Positions 7,588-15,165 are shown, counted from the stretch's first letter. The stretch is 18,461 nucleotides of DNA from Zymomonas mobilis subsp. mobilis ATCC 10988 (GCF_000175255.2 NC_017184.1:1-18461), one strand, 5' to 3'. Notes: generated by a model not told the origin, from the letters alone. Translations and numbers: made by a program.

Positions 7588-7767
7588 CTACAATCCGGCT
7601 TGCTTACGGATAGCCCGAACAAGCCCAACACCAAGTTCCTTTTTAGGATGTGGTATCGTGATATGATGAGAGTAATGAGGATGTCTGAAAACGTGATGAG
7701 AGCCACGTGTTCGGTCGAGTATCCATCCTGCTTTTTCAACTTCTTTGATCAAATCACGACTTTTCAT
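7588..7767 (-). CDS. hicA: HicA mRNA-interferase toxin
   Basis: MKSRDLIKEVEKAGWILDRTRGSHHVFRHP...ITIPHPKKELGVGLVRAIRKQAGL is the HicA signature (G.H..F). I prefer ATG 7767 to the track start at 7785, which adds MCIIHN. Neither start has a clear SD. Confidence 0.88.
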   Translation of the reverse strand: MKSRDLIKEVEKAGWILDRTRGSHHVFRHPHYSHHITIPHPKKELGVGLVRAIRKQAGL

Positions 7768-7908
7768 GTTATGTATAATACACATTTATAGATTTGATGT
7801 AATCGCTATAATTTGGTTTTTAAAAATTAGCTTTTTATTACATTATCGATAATGCGAATTGTTAGAAATTTGATAGATTCCCGAAGACCCTAATTCCTTT
7901 CTCGCCAA

Positions 7909-7930
7909 GCCTGTGAGCGAAGCGAGCAGC
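7909..7930. repeat. 22-nt motif GCCTGTGAGCGAAGCGAGCAGC, conserved downstream of both rep paralogues (copy 1)
   Basis: Matches 16050-16071 (GCCTGTGAGCGAAGCGAACAGC) at 21 of 22 positions. It lies 49 nt past the rep1 stop; the other copy lies 41 nt past the rep2 stop. Confidence 0.7.
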
Positions 7931-7978
7931 GCCGAGATAGTAATGGGCGGTATGCTTTGAGAAGGATAGCTGTAGGTG

Positions 7979-9484
7979 TCATGGACGCATCTGTCTTGTT
8001 TGGATAAGGAGGCGGGCGGTTTCATCTGGAGAGATAGCCATCCATCCATTGTTTTTCCGTTTATTTCTGTGGTTCAGGCAAGCGTTGATTTGATCGGGAC
8101 GATAACCGCGAGCTTTAAGAGTTAAGAGGAAAGGATCGTTATCAGGTTTTCGATCATCAATAGCGTCTGCACTGCCTGCTGCGGCAGGAGCAGTGCAGTC
8201 CTTATTCTCTTTTTCGTTTTTAAATTGATCGGAGCGGTTATTATTAAAATAATTATAACAGGATAGAGTATAAGAATTGAACTCGCGTTGATTGTCCGAA
8301 ATTTGGGGCTTTTTTGAGGTATCCTCCTTGGAGATTTTGGAAGATGTTTTAACCTCTTCCTGATCGGCCTGTACTGCCTTCTTAGCCTGCTCTTCTTGTT
8401 CCCATTGTTCCGCCCGCTCGATAGATTTAGCAAGCTGTATGAGCGAATCCGTTAGCTCTGTTGGCTCTTTATCGCCCGATATCGCTTTGACGAAATCTTC
8501 GGGCGGCAAGCTTTCAACGATAGCCTTGGTTTCGGCTTTGTCCGCCTCTTGGGCGTGGTCGATATCGTCAGGAATAGGCGCATTCCTCCGGCGCATGACA
8601 CGCTCGAAAACCTGTCTGGCCAAATCTGGCCAAGCCTTGGGAGACAAGAAGCCGTAGGCGTTACTGGTCTGCTTACGGCGGGGGCCTTTGCCATCCGCCT
8701 TGACCTTGATTGATCGACGTATCCAGCGGATGAAGCCTAAATCCTGTAATTGCCTCAGCAATTTGACGACCGTCGCACGGGCATAGCCGACACGATCGCA
8801 TATTGTGTCGAGGGTCGGCTCCAGACGGCCAGTTTTAAAGTCGACCATCCGAAACAGCATCTTTAGAAGACGAACGGCCTTATCGCTTAAACCCTTGGTT
8901 TTGATCGAATATTGATCGACCGCTTCCAAATAGGCACCGATCTCTTGCGGATTGACCGGCTTCCAGACTGACTTTTCGCGCTCGCCAACCTCATAAGAGT
9001 CACGATGCACAGGATCAGGAGTCCGACGGCGGGTTTTATAGCGGGTGGCTCGTTCGAGAGGGTCTTTGCGTCTCGCAATAGCTGTTTTACGGGCAATATC
9101 GGCAGCGGTTTCAGGATCAACGCCGTTTGATACCATCTGATCAAAATATTCGATTTCGTCAAAATCTGATGCAGAGGCTGTAATCTCACTATTGGTATTT
9201 GAGGCCGGAATTTCAGGATGAGCGCTATTGGCCAAGGGCATCGATTTAGAGAATGCGCGGTCTATTTTATGCTGTTCTGCGGCGTTATCCGCCATGATCT
9301 TTGCGCTGTCATATGGCATCCCCGTTTCGATTAACATGCTTCGATAAGTGCCACGCTTGAAACGCCCGAGCCTGTCGATAAAAGGACTGGTTTCGGGCGT
9401 CATTTCTTCAAAAGACGCAAAGGCAGGCTCTAAAGAAAAGACAGAGGCATCCGAGAGTGTCGCTGAAGAGGAAGAGGCGGTCAT
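7979..9484 (-). CDS. Putative plasmid replication initiator, paralogue 1 (winged-HTH core)
   Basis: Homologous along its length to 16112-17236, for example DPVHR.SYEVGERE..VWK....IGAYLEAVDQYSIKT..LSDKAVRLLKMLFRM.DF.TGRLEPTL.TI...VG.ARATVV.LLRQL...GF.RWIRRSI and C-terminal DPFLL.L.AR..R.DQ......HR.KRK..GWM..SPDE.A.LLI.TRQM.P. I place the start at ATG 9484, with GGAG 8 nt upstream. The track start at 9601 would read through an intrinsic terminator and overlap the upstream gene. The Rep function is inferred, not proven. Confidence 0.6.
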   Translation of the reverse strand: MTASSSSATLSDASVFSLEPAFASFEEMTPETSPFIDRLGRFKRGTYRSMLIETGMPYDSAKIMADNAAEQHKIDRAFSKSMPLANSAHPEIPASNTNSEITASASDFDEIEYFDQMVSNGVDPETAADIARKTAIARRKDPLERATRYKTRRRTPDPVHRDSYEVGEREKSVWKPVNPQEIGAYLEAVDQYSIKTKGLSDKAVRLLKMLFRMVDFKTGRLEPTLDTICDRVGYARATVVKLLRQLQDLGFIRWIRRSIKVKADGKGPRRKQTSNAYGFLSPKAWPDLARQVFERVMRRRNAPIPDDIDHAQEADKAETKAIVESLPPEDFVKAISGDKEPTELTDSLIQLAKSIERAEQWEQEEQAKKAVQADQEEVKTSSKISKEDTSKKPQISDNQREFNSYTLSCYNYFNNNRSDQFKNEKENKDCTAPAAAGSADAIDDRKPDNDPFLLTLKARGYRPDQINACLNHRNKRKNNGWMAISPDETARLLIQTRQMRP

Positions 9485-9508
9485 TGTGCGGGCTCCGGTC
9501 TTGGACGC

Positions 9509-9541
9509 AAAAAAGCCACAGCGAAGATTCTCCGCTGTGGC
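9509..9541 (-). terminator. Intrinsic terminator/attenuator hairpin 24 nt upstream of the rep1 start
   Basis: The minus strand reads GCCACAGCG-GAGAATCTT-CGCTGTGGC followed by TTTTTTG, a perfect 9-bp GC-rich stem. Confidence 0.7.
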
Positions 9542-9590
9542 AGGCCTGAATTTGGGATAGATAAAAGCGAAGAGGCTGCGCCGGTTCTGA

Positions 9591-9842
9591 TCACGGAACA
9601 AGCTTCCGGCTCATTGCCCGATCATTGACGATCTGGTTGATCAGAATACGAATAGAATTTTCAGGATGCCCTTTCCGCGAACGGCTGACCGCGAGCTTGG
9701 CTTTCTTGATGTCGTATTTCTGACCTTTCAGATCACGATAAGCCTCGGCAATCTGGCCATCCAAACGCGCCTTTTCTTCTTCAAGACGGATAATGGATTG
9801 GAGCTTTTCAGTCAGCTCTTCGGTCGCATGAATAGAACTCAT
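9591..9842 (-). CDS. GapR/DUF2312-like small DNA-binding protein
   Basis: The 83-aa product from ATG 9842 (GGAGA 9 nt upstream) reads ...EKLQSIIRLEEEKARLDGQIAEAYRDLKGQKYDIKKAKLAVSRSRK.... This follows the DUF2312 pattern L.S.I.R.E.LE.EK......I.EVY.EAKG.GFD.K.L.K.V..RK as I remember it from Caulobacter GapR. The track's N-terminal extension (to 9992) is hydrophobic junk that overlaps a hairpin. Confidence 0.7.
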   Translation of the reverse strand: MSSIHATEELTEKLQSIIRLEEEKARLDGQIAEAYRDLKGQKYDIKKAKLAVSRSRKGHPENSIRILINQIVNDRAMSRKLVP

Positions 9843-9953
9843 AAGACGGTCTCTCCGGTGAGAAAATAAGGGATTGCCGAATAGGCATCGGCCAAGAACC
9901 CAAAATTGGAACTGGCGGAAACAGAACAGGTCTTTTCCAAATAGGAAAGGCTG

Positions 9954-9981
9954 AAAAAACAATGGGTCATAAGGATGACCC
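9954..9981 (-). terminator. Weak hairpin/terminator overlapping the stop codon of the 127-aa ORF
   Basis: GGGTCAT-CCTT-ATGACCC on the minus strand, followed after 4 nt by TTTTTT. The stem is short. Confidence 0.35.
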
Positions 9982-10350
9982 GAAATTTTCAATGAAGCCT
10001 GTCAAGCCGTCATTCGCCGTAGTTGCTGAACGCTTAATCACCTCGATAAGACTTAATATTTCAGTATTAAATCTTATTAATTCATCTTTTGAGACATTTT
10101 CTAGCAAGACATAAGAACGGGTCTCTTCTGCTTGTCGAATACATTCCAAACGATCCATAAGCAGACGAAGACCGCATTCCACCTGCCCCATATGAAGATA
10201 TAGGGCGTTGCTGATCTTCTGCTTGAATGTGCTGATCTCGCCATCGACTACAGAAGGCATATTTTCGGCTGCTTTAATTGTCATTTTGGCACAACTTTGG
10301 CTTCGATGATTGGGGAGAATTCGGAGCAAATTTGAAAGAATTTCGCTCAT
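9967..10350 (-). CDS. Hypothetical protein (predicted helical, no recognisable motif)
   Basis: 127-aa track ORF, first gene of the minus-strand run ORF127 - gapR-like - rep1. None of the candidate ATGs has a convincing SD. Confidence 0.45.
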   Translation of the reverse strand: MSEILSNLLRILPNHRSQSCAKMTIKAAENMPSVVDGEISTFKQKISNALYLHMGQVECGLRLLMDRLECIRQAEETRSYVLLENVSKDELIRFNTEILSLIEVIKRSATTANDGLTGFIENFGSSL

Positions 10351-10638
10351 GTGCAGAACGCAGAAAGATCATCTGCAATAAGAAACGATGGATATCTCGC
10401 CTCCTCAAATTCGACATAGATACCCTTAATTTTGGACTAGACAGCTCCTGAAATCGCATACAGAAAAGAAAGAAATCAGGAAGCATATCTGATAGGACAG
10501 CCGACTGCGAAATCATCCTACAAAGCTTTACTAATATTTAATAAAAATTCACAAAAACATTTTTTATTGACTCTTGTTATCCCAGACATGCTACCACCTG
10601 TTTTATGGATTCTTTAAGATTCGCCTGTAACTTAGATG

Positions 10639-10660
10639 TGGTTATTACAGATAATAACCA
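10639..10660. promoter_or_regulatory. Inverted repeat TGGTTATTA-CAGA-TAATAACCA in the divergent intergenic region
   Basis: Perfect 9-bp arms, read directly. It lies in the 417-bp AT-rich spacer between ORF127 (minus) and the XRE gene (plus), so it is a candidate operator or origin element. Confidence 0.35.
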
Positions 10661-10767
10661 TTTCAACAAGAAATTTTTATATATTTTTATAAACACCCGT
10701 TATCTTTTTAAAAAAACCATTATTTTTGGTCTCTTATTTGCTGCTTAGAGATTAGGCTGATTGTAAA

Positions 10768-11241
10768 ATGCTGATTATGACGAGACATGCATCATCTGAA
10801 ACAACAAAGATCGAAAAGGTGCGGCAATGGCTCCGTGAGGAAAGAAATTCTCGCGGATGGAGTGCAAATAGGCTTGCAAAAGAAGCCAAACTCTCGGCAG
10901 AAGCTCGTGGCAAAATATCAGATATCAAACAGCAAACTATATCTGCATTTGAAAATGGACAGACAAAAGGTATCCCAGAATGGGTAACTTTTGTAGCAGA
11001 CGCGTTTGAAGATCATCCAACACCTTCGGTAATAAAGAATATTACTGAGTCAAAATGCACGGAAACCTCGGTAAAATTACCTACTCAAACAGAACTCCGG
11101 AAAATGCTGCTTGGTTTGTTAGCTCCGATGGAAATCGGAAGCCCAGACTCATGGAATCTTAAACAAAAAATAGCATCATCGCTTGCGCAAAGACTACCTA
11201 TTGTGATGACGCAACCGCAGATATTCCATACCGAGATTTAA
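10768..11241 (+). CDS. XRE-family HTH transcriptional regulator with C-terminal extension of unknown function
   Basis: 157 aa. GWSANRLAKEAKLS...QQTISAFENGQ is a Cro/C1-type HTH with an insertion between its helices. It is transcribed divergently from the rep1 gene run. Confidence 0.65.
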   Translation: MLIMTRHASSETTKIEKVRQWLREERNSRGWSANRLAKEAKLSAEARGKISDIKQQTISAFENGQTKGIPEWVTFVADAFEDHPTPSVIKNITESKCTETSVKLPTQTELRKMLLGLLAPMEIGSPDSWNLKQKIASSLAQRLPIVMTQPQIFHTEI

Positions 11242-11349
11242 TATCATCTCTTCCTGAATAACTAATATTCCTAACATGTTGGTTATTCAGAGAAATTTCC
11301 GAATGCCGCGTCCATGATTTTATAGAGAGCGCCCTGCCTTAGTTATTCT

Positions 11350-11586
11350 ATGCGACACATCGGCTTAAAACAGGAAGCGTCTGCTTTCTTCAAAAGCCTT
11401 GGTCTGACTGCATCTGATGCTGTCCGCATGATGCCTGATAAAAGTCGTTCAAGACAAAGCTCTGCCTTTTGATCCTTTGTTCCAAACAAAAAGACATTGA
11501 TTGCTATGAAAGACGCACGCGTCAGTAAATTAAAAAAATTCGACAGCACTCAATCTCTGATGGATGATCTTTATGCGGAGGATTGA
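11350..11586 (+). pseudogene. dinJ: dinJ/relB-type antitoxin pseudogene (at least two frameshifts)
   Basis: Pieces in three + frames read KQEASAFFKSLGLTASDAVRMM / VVQDKALPFDPL / PNKKTLIAMKDARVSKLKKFDSTQSLMDDLYAED*. They parallel the intact DinJ at 17774-18037 (KQEAAAILGSIGLTVSDAVRMMLTKVVQEKALPFEPLVPNKKTLAAMLEARTGKLKKFDDIQSLMATLNAAD). Confidence 0.75.
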
Positions 11587-11650
11587 ACAAACATCTCAAT
11601 TTAAACGCGATTATATAAAGAGAATAAAAGCCAGATCCGCAGTTAGATAA
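11573..11650 (+). pseudogene. yafQ: Internally deleted yafQ/relE-type toxin gene (25 codons left)
   Basis: MRRIEQTSQFKRDYIKRIKARSAVR*. The ATG overlaps the dinJ pseudogene end exactly as at 17788. The N-terminal ..T.QFKRDYK motif is YafQ-like. The body of the gene is missing. Confidence 0.65.
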
Positions 11651-11898
11651 ACTGCTTTAGCACGGAATAATATAGCTCATTAAATTCTGTAATATTACTT
11701 CAGAAGTGTTTTTTCAGCCCCCTTGCGTTCGATGCCAGCCAAGTCCCCAGTAAAATTGACCCCCTATTTTTTGCTCAAAGCTGTCAGCTCAAACGCACCC
11801 TAAATCTCTCGTATTTAGCCCTATAAAGCAGCATATAGCTAAAAATAAGTGGATACCCTCATCTCATTTCATCTCAAAAGCGAGAGGACGTCTAAGCA
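11641..11898 (+). repeat. Copy 2 of the triplicated noncoding module
   Basis: See the 830-1118 feature. Similarity ends near CTAAGCA (about 11898), where an IS5-family relic region begins. Confidence 0.8.
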
Positions 11899-11934
11899 TA
11901 GGAACCTTACTTGTAAAACTACCGCTGCTTCAAT

Positions 11935-12279
11935 CAAAGGCTTCCTTGCCATCCCCTTTCTTCACCAACTGCTTGGCTATGATCCCGATAATCGTAATAT
12001 CCACTATATATATTGTCAGTCATAGTCAGAACCAAGGCCAATCAAGCTTTCTAAAAAAGTATCCCAGACACCCTGTTTGCCCATTTGTGGAACCGAACAT
12101 AGACAGAATTCCATTTTCTATAGTGTTATCTATGCCTCGCCATAGGCAACCTATTCGAAGGGCATAAAGCACCCCGTTAAAATTCGAACCGATTACCTTG
12201 ACACTGATGCCACTAGCGGATTCGTTAGCTTGAGAAAAAATCATCTATAACCAGCAACCCTCGTCGCTCAGGTCTCCAT
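11935..12279 (-). pseudogene. Relic of an IS5-family transposase N-terminal region (stops and frameshifts)
   Basis: The minus strand reads MET/LSDEGCWL*...FNGVLYALRIGCLWRGIDNTIENGILSMFGSTNGQTGCLGYFFRKL....YIVDITIIGIIAKQLVKKG. This is colinear with the orfA of the intact IS (VLSGIVYVIRNGLQWKDAPKAYGPHKTLYNRFIRWSRLGVFDRIF...LMIDATHLKAHRTAASLLKKG). Boundaries are approximate. Confidence 0.6.
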
Positions 12280-12591
12280 GCATCCAATCTGTTTCCTAAA
12301 AACTCGATTTCAAATTACTCTTTCAAATATTTATAAATTTTTTATCAAATGAACTTAAAATAATGGAGTTTAGTGTTTTGGATGGAATATTTTCCTGAAA
12401 AATACTACATTTTTATTATAAACTTAAATAATTAATAATTATATATCCATATATTATTATAATAAATATTTAACCAATACGGTATTTAAAATCATATATT
12501 TTTATATATTTAGGTATTATTTAATCATTACAATTTATTTATATTTATTATTGAAAAATGGATTTTTCCAAAAATTGGAGGTTTCTCTATA

Positions 12592-13371
12592 ATGTTGAAA
12601 TATTTTTCACTTGTTCTGATGTCTATAATGGCATGTTGTTGGCAGACATCTGCATGGGCAGGCCAATGTTATAATTTGGAACGGAAAGAACCCTCCCAGT
12701 TAACAGGTATCATCGAATATATTATTTTCCCGGGCCCGCCCAATTATGAAGATGTTCAAAATGGAGATACACCAGAACCTAGTTACGTTTTAAAGCTTAG
12801 TAATCCGATTTGTCTTTCCGGTGATGAGTTCGCTGACCCCAAAAATCATTTCCAATCGGTTCAATTAGTTGGAACCAAGGCAACATCAAAACTGCTTCAG
12901 CAATTTTTGCATAAAAATGTGACTGTACAGCTTACCGATACTATGGCTGCAGCAACAGGACACCACCACGAACCCTTAGTAGCGACTGTAACGGCGGTTC
13001 GTCCTGTGTCTTATTCCGCTCCACAAGCCAAAGCCATGGACTTTATAGATGAATATGGAACGGCAGCGACAACGATACGGGCATTTTATACCGCATTAGG
13101 AGATGGGCAAGGTGCCGCAGCTTCTGCCTTAGTAGTCCCAGAAAAACGCTCGACGCCCGCCTTTTTGGCTTCAAATCTTACCAAATTTTATGGGAGTCTG
13201 ACTGATCGGATACAATTACTGGATATTGCCCAAGAAAGCACGAATATCTTTATTGTGCGTTATCATTATGCCGCAAAATCGCATATCTGTAATGGCAGAG
13301 CATCTATTATGACCTCCATGCGGAATGGTCGGAATTTCATACAGTCTATTCATGCATTGAATGGCTGCTAG
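12592..13371 (+). CDS. Secreted protein of unknown function
   Basis: 259 aa. SD GGAGG lies upstream. The signal peptide is MLKYFSLVLMSIMACCWQTSAWA/G. The N-terminal half (..IIFPGPPNYEDVQNGDTPEPSYVLKLSNPICL..) reminds me of DUF4431-type periplasmic proteins, and the C-terminal half may be NTF2-like. Both assignments are unverified. Confidence 0.7.
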   Translation: MLKYFSLVLMSIMACCWQTSAWAGQCYNLERKEPSQLTGIIEYIIFPGPPNYEDVQNGDTPEPSYVLKLSNPICLSGDEFADPKNHFQSVQLVGTKATSKLLQQFLHKNVTVQLTDTMAAATGHHHEPLVATVTAVRPVSYSAPQAKAMDFIDEYGTAATTIRAFYTALGDGQGAAASALVVPEKRSTPAFLASNLTKFYGSLTDRIQLLDIAQESTNIFIVRYHYAAKSHICNGRASIMTSMRNGRNFIQSIHALNGC

Positions 13372-13419
13372 CTTTTATTGAAAAACGACTATCACACCAT
13401 GATTCTTATTTGAAATAAG

Positions 13420-13465
13420 TATACATTCAGCGTATTATTGGTAGCAAATATATGCTGAATGTATA
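13420..13465. promoter_or_regulatory. Inverted repeat TATACATTCAGC N22 GCTGAATGTATA upstream of relB (candidate operator)
   Basis: Perfect 12-bp arms at 13420-13431 and 13454-13465, ending 15 nt before the relB start. Confidence 0.5.
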
Positions 13466-13480
13466 TCAATAGGTGTAAAA

Positions 13481-13762
13481 ATGGCGACAACAAGTTTCAA
13501 TCTGCGATTGGATCAGGATTTGCGGGATCGAGCCTTTCCGGTATTAGAGCGTTATGGATTAAGCGCAGCGCAGGCATTTAAGTTATTTTTAAATCAAGTG
13601 GCCGAGACCAAAACGATTCCGCTATCTTTCGATTATGCTAAAGATGAGCCCAATATGACCACGCAAAAAGCGATGCTGGAGGCATTAAGGCGCACTGATT
13701 TTTCGGAAGCCTTTACGGCAGCAGAGGCCTTGAAAGTATTACAAGAGAACCATGATGCGTAA
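13481..13762 (+). CDS. relB: RelB/DinJ-family antitoxin (orphan; cognate toxin truncated)
   Basis: 93 aa. SFNLRLDQDLRDRAFPVLERYGLSAAQAFKLFLNQVAETKTIPLSF has the RelB/DinJ RHH signature. Confidence 0.8.
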   Translation: MATTSFNLRLDQDLRDRAFPVLERYGLSAAQAFKLFLNQVAETKTIPLSFDYAKDEPNMTTQKAMLEALRRTDFSEAFTAAEALKVLQENHDA

Positions 13763-13810
13763 GGTCTTGCTTGAAAAACCATTCAAAAAAGACGCTAAAA
13801 AGAATTTTCT
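13752..13810 (+). pseudogene. N-terminal stub of a RelE/YafQ-type toxin gene
   Basis: MMRKVLLEKPFKKDAKKN... starts with ATGATG overlapping the relB stop. The ..FKKD.KK motif is typical of the YafQ/RelE N-terminus. After about 17-20 codons the sequence becomes the antisense of an IS relic. The right boundary is approximate. Confidence 0.5.
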
Positions 13811-14007
13811 AGGTTCTGTTGACAAAGGAAGGCGAGGAAAGATTTTCTGGTTTTGTCATAGCGTGTGGCAATGTGTCTGAGCTGCTTCAGCTTATTAAAC
13901 ATCCGCTCAATACAATTACGATCTTTGTAGTACTGGAGATTATAAGGAATATACTTTTTTCGATTGGAACGAGGCGGGATAACAGGAAGGATGCCTCGAA
14001 AGAGTTG
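13795..14007 (-). pseudogene. Relic of an IS5-family transposase C-terminal region
   Basis: The minus strand reads QLFRGILPVIPPRSNRKKYIPYNLQYYKDRNCIERMFNKLKQLRHIATRYDKTRKSFLAFLCQQ.... This is colinear with the intact IS (ITACIPPKKNRKSKPPYDWHLYKKRHLIENMFAKLKDWRRVATRYDRCAHTF). It starts directly after, and in frame with, the mazF stop codon. The 3' boundary is uncertain. Confidence 0.7.
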
Positions 14008-14340
14008 TTATCCAACAAGCAGCCGCACACGTTGCCGAATTTCTTCGAGTTCACCCGCAGATACTTTGCCTTTGCGTTTTGCATTTCGAGCGCGATAATC
14101 AAGACTTCTGACCTGATCGCATAAAACAACGCTTTCCTTTTTTCCAGCAATCAAGACCTCGAAAGGATAGCCTTTGATCTTGGTCGTTGTTGGGCAGCAA
14201 ATCATCATGCCTGCTTTAGCATTGTAAGAAGCCGGACTAAGCACAACCGCAGGTCTATGACCCGATTGTTCTCTGCCAGCCTGCGGGTCAAAATCAAGCC
14301 AGACAATATCACCGCTATCAGGAATAAAAGCACTCACCAA
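14008..14340 (-). CDS. mazF: MazF/PemK-family endoribonuclease toxin
   Basis: 110 aa. ..PDSGDIVWLDFDPQAGREQSGHRPAVVLSP..YN.K.GMMICCPTTTKIKGYPFEV is the MazF signature. The start is TTG 14340 or GTG 14337; the latter gives a GTGA overlap with the mazE stop. Confidence 0.9.
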   Translation of the reverse strand: MVSAFIPDSGDIVWLDFDPQAGREQSGHRPAVVLSPASYNAKAGMMICCPTTTKIKGYPFEVLIAGKKESVVLCDQVRSLDYRARNAKRKGKVSAGELEEIRQRVRLLVG

Positions 14341-14564
14341 CTTTCACCGCCAACCGGCTGACCAAAATCTATTTCACCATGTCTATTATCATCCGTAATA
14401 CCAGAGACCAGAGCCTCAAGAGTAAGAGCAGGAGTTATAGTAATCCGACCGCCTTCTTCCTGAATTTCAACTAGTTGGTTAAGCTGCAAGCAAGAGGCTT
14501 CGATAATATTAGCAGGGAGGCGAACGGCTGCGCTGTTACCCCATTTTCTGACAATTCCGAGCAT
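14334..14564 (-). CDS. mazE: MazE / AbrB-SpoVT-type antitoxin
   Basis: 76 aa. VRKWGNSAAVRLPANIIEASCLQLNQLVEIQEEGGRITITP is the swapped-hairpin AbrB/MazE motif. Confidence 0.85.
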   Translation of the reverse strand: MLGIVRKWGNSAAVRLPANIIEASCLQLNQLVEIQEEGGRITITPALTLEALVSGITDDNRHGEIDFGQPVGGESW

Positions 14565-14593
14565 GTCCGAATCCTCTTATAATAGTTAATACA

Positions 14594-14605
14594 ATGTATA
14601 TACAT
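14594..14605. promoter_or_regulatory. Perfect 12-bp palindrome ATGTATATACAT upstream of mazE (candidate operator)
   Basis: Read directly. It lies 30 nt upstream of the mazE start in an AT-rich promoter-like region. Confidence 0.4.
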
Positions 14606-14813
14606 ATAAACAGAAAAAGAAGCAAGAAACGGCATCAAAAACCATTGCACTGTGTAATAGCCGACATCTCGATGTGGTTAAGCGTGGTCTAGGAGACAAA
14701 ACGCTTAAATGCCCTATTTATAAGGAGAAATGTGGCGAAGCTGCTGCTAAAAAAGTCAAAATAATATAATACTTTATAAGTATAAGACATCGAAATAAGA
14801 AAGTGAGCAAAAT

Positions 14814-15161
14814 ATGAATTTTTCTAGCACCTATTTTTTTATAAGTGTTGGAATTTGCTTTTTCGCTTTTTTTGAAAGCCTTGGATACAAATTTTTTGGT
14901 GTCAAAGATAACTCGAAAAGAGTCGGTTCTTTCTTGAGATGTCTCCTCTTGCTTCTCACTCCATTCGCGGCTTGTATTATAAAATTATGGGCAACTATCC
15001 ACCACCCAACCTACTTAGTCTTTAAGGGTTTCTACATGGGGGTTTACGCATTTGTTGCGCTATACAGTTTTGCAATATTTCTATTCCCAACAAAAATAAC
15101 TATCCCCCCTTTTCTAATAAAAATCACAAACAAGTTTTATGCGGCTATTCCTTCTATCTAA
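14814..15161 (+). CDS. Hypothetical small membrane protein (about 3 predicted TM helices)
   Basis: 115-aa track ORF with three long hydrophobic stretches (FFISVGICFFAFF, LLLLLTPFAACII, MGVYAFVALYSFAIFLF). Very AT-rich, with a weak SD. Confidence 0.5.
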   Translation: MNFSSTYFFISVGICFFAFFESLGYKFFGVKDNSKRVGSFLRCLLLLLTPFAACIIKLWATIHHPTYLVFKGFYMGVYAFVALYSFAIFLFPTKITIPPFLIKITNKFYAAIPSI

Positions 15162-15165
15162 TGGG

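Noticed and set aside
6485-8049. Small ORFs 6485-6679, 7557-7739, 7600-7791 and 7843-8049
   Set aside because: They are antisense or out of frame relative to relBE, hicAB and the rep1 3' end, with no SD or motifs.
8122-9560. Several ORFs inside or antisense to rep1 (8122-8433, 8439-8657, 8452-8694, 8887-9189, 9348-9560), and similarly inside rep2 (16373-16612, 16626-16880) and its leader (17189-17491)
   Set aside because: They are alternative frames of a long, paralogue-supported coding region or of its leader. Their products are low-complexity.
9485-9601. Track start of rep1 at 9601 (adds 39 aa)
   Set aside because: It would translate through a canonical terminator hairpin and overlap the upstream gene. 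The paralogue supports a start equivalent to ATG 9484, which has an SD.
9843-9992. N-terminal 50-aa extension of the GapR-like ORF, and the antisense ORF 9666-9869
   Set aside because: The extension is F/L-rich, overlaps ORF127 and a hairpin, and lacks an SD. ATG 9842 has GGAGA upstream and gives the family-typical size.
10274-10516. 80-aa minus ORF overlapping the ORF127 start, and 10787-10987 inside the XRE gene
   Set aside because: No SD and no motifs, and each overlaps a better candidate. Treated as noise.
11343-11549. 68-aa minus ORF
   Set aside because: It is the antisense of the dinJ pseudogene. The + strand carries the recognisable, though frameshifted, DinJ sequence.
11946-12167. 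73-aa + ORF
   Set aside because: It is antisense to the IS5-family transposase relic, whose similarity to the intact IS orfA is on the minus strand.
13819-14150. ORFs 13819-14124 (+) and 13887-14150 (-)
   Set aside because: Both are wrong frames or strands across the IS relic and the mazF 3' end. The meaningful frames are the transposase relic and mazF.
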